Both the position numbers and the translations under genes were made by a program. Below, piece after piece: positions 63,013 through 64,000 of a stretch of DNA of 64,000 nucleotides. A model generated the notes under the pieces. It did not search any database. It was not told where the DNA came from and saw only the letters and a list, made by a program, of their open reading frames with translations. The number at the start of each line of letters is the position of its first letter. The stretch's first letter is position 1. This DNA comes from Raja brachyura (lineage: Eukaryota), in assembly GCA_963514005.1 (NCBI GenBank), contig OY740809.1:14012001-14076000 (forward strand), read 5' to 3'.

Positions 63013-64000
63013 AATAGTAAGATTAAACGAGAACTTACCAGTTTGAAGTTTGATCTTTATTTTATGAGGAGTTGCGATGAGGGATTTCATGAAGAACCCG
63101 CCAGCACGCATGCACGACATTCTTCAAAGCAGCGGTGTGGAATCACAGAACCAACAAAACACAGAAATGACTTGTTATAGTAAGATTGAAGAGACTCTAA
63201 TTACCAGTTGACTTTATGATCGAGGGTTGGGAGCGGAGGGCACGAAATCCCTCATCGCAACTCCTCATAAAATAAAGATCAAACTTCAAACTGGTAAGTT
63301 CTCGTTTAATCTTACTATTTCATTTCGGAGTCACGTGAGTGACTTCGTGAAGACTTCAAAGCTCTGTGATTTCATGCCCTGGACAACGTCCATGCTGTCA
63401 CACACGCCACTGTAAGGATGGACAGGAGTAATCAAATTTTCAGACTGCTTATTCTGAAAAATAATAATATTTATTAATAATAACAAAAAAGAAAAAAACC
63501 CTCACTGGGGAGTAGTCGTATGTTCTCGGCCTGCATTCAGCACGGCTTCTGCGAACATTCCAGGAGCGATAACAGGTTTATTATAAAACCGCTGAAAGGT
63601 GGCTTCACTGGCCCATCCCGCTGTGGCAAGAATATGGTCCATGGGCACCTCCATGACCTTTGCCGCCGACGTTGATGCAGCCCTGGTGGAATGGGATTTA
63701 AAAACATTAGTATCAATACCTGCTTCGTTCAAAACGATCCTGAGCCATCTGGAGATTGTCTGTACTGTCACTCTATGGTGAGGTTTTTTGTGGCTGATTA
63801 GCAGTTATTGCTCCATTCCCCTTAATTTCCGCGTCACTTTAATATAGTGGCGGATATGGGTGGCTAAACATAGCCTGGCATCAGCGGGGTATGTTGGAAA
63901 CACCAGCTGCAGCCCTGTGAATCCAGGTCTATGCTGCTGAAGCAATTCATCAATGAAGAAAATAACCTTCTCTGGGGTAGAGATCATTCTGTCAATCTTG
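63013..64000 (-). mobile_element. DIRS1-like element 3' part (related to the 1-2304 copy), runs off the window end
   Basis: Inverted repeat 63013-63091 / 63241-63319. YR motifs FKSHSTRAAS and AGWASEATFQRFYNKP, with an in-frame stop at 63805-63807. Confidence 0.95.

Noticed and set aside
1-64000. Giant composite element bounded by the inverted DIRS copies at both window ends
   Set aside because: The copies are clearly diverged, face 3' ends inward and each has its own terminus, so they are independent insertions.

Overview
This is a vertebrate non-coding window, not prokaryotic DNA. The repeat set (CR1 LINEs, HE1-like V-SINEs, Penelope-like elements) points to a cartilaginous fish such as a skate or ray, which is an inference. 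I could not identify an intact host gene, rRNA, tRNA or CRISPR array. The window is mostly decayed and nested transposable elements: three DIRS1-like tyrosine-recombinase retrotransposon 3' ends (1-2304 +; 62223-63012 and 63013-64000 -, nested), Penelope-like elements and many short derivatives carrying a minimal hammerhead-ribozyme motif, CR1, Rex1/Babar, RTE and L1/Tx1 LINE pieces, two Gypsy elements, a non-autonomous Helitron, two PIF/Harbinger MITEs and two copies of a MITE with 7-bp TSDs. The best candidates for something undescribed are (i) a GC-rich non-coding retroposon family with Rex1-type tails and a covarying internal hairpin, (ii) miniature hammerhead-bearing insertions with their own TSDs, (iii) the 7-bp-TSD MITE and (iv) an 82-nt near-perfect hairpin. 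All alignments were made by eye, so the boundaries of old fragments are approximate.
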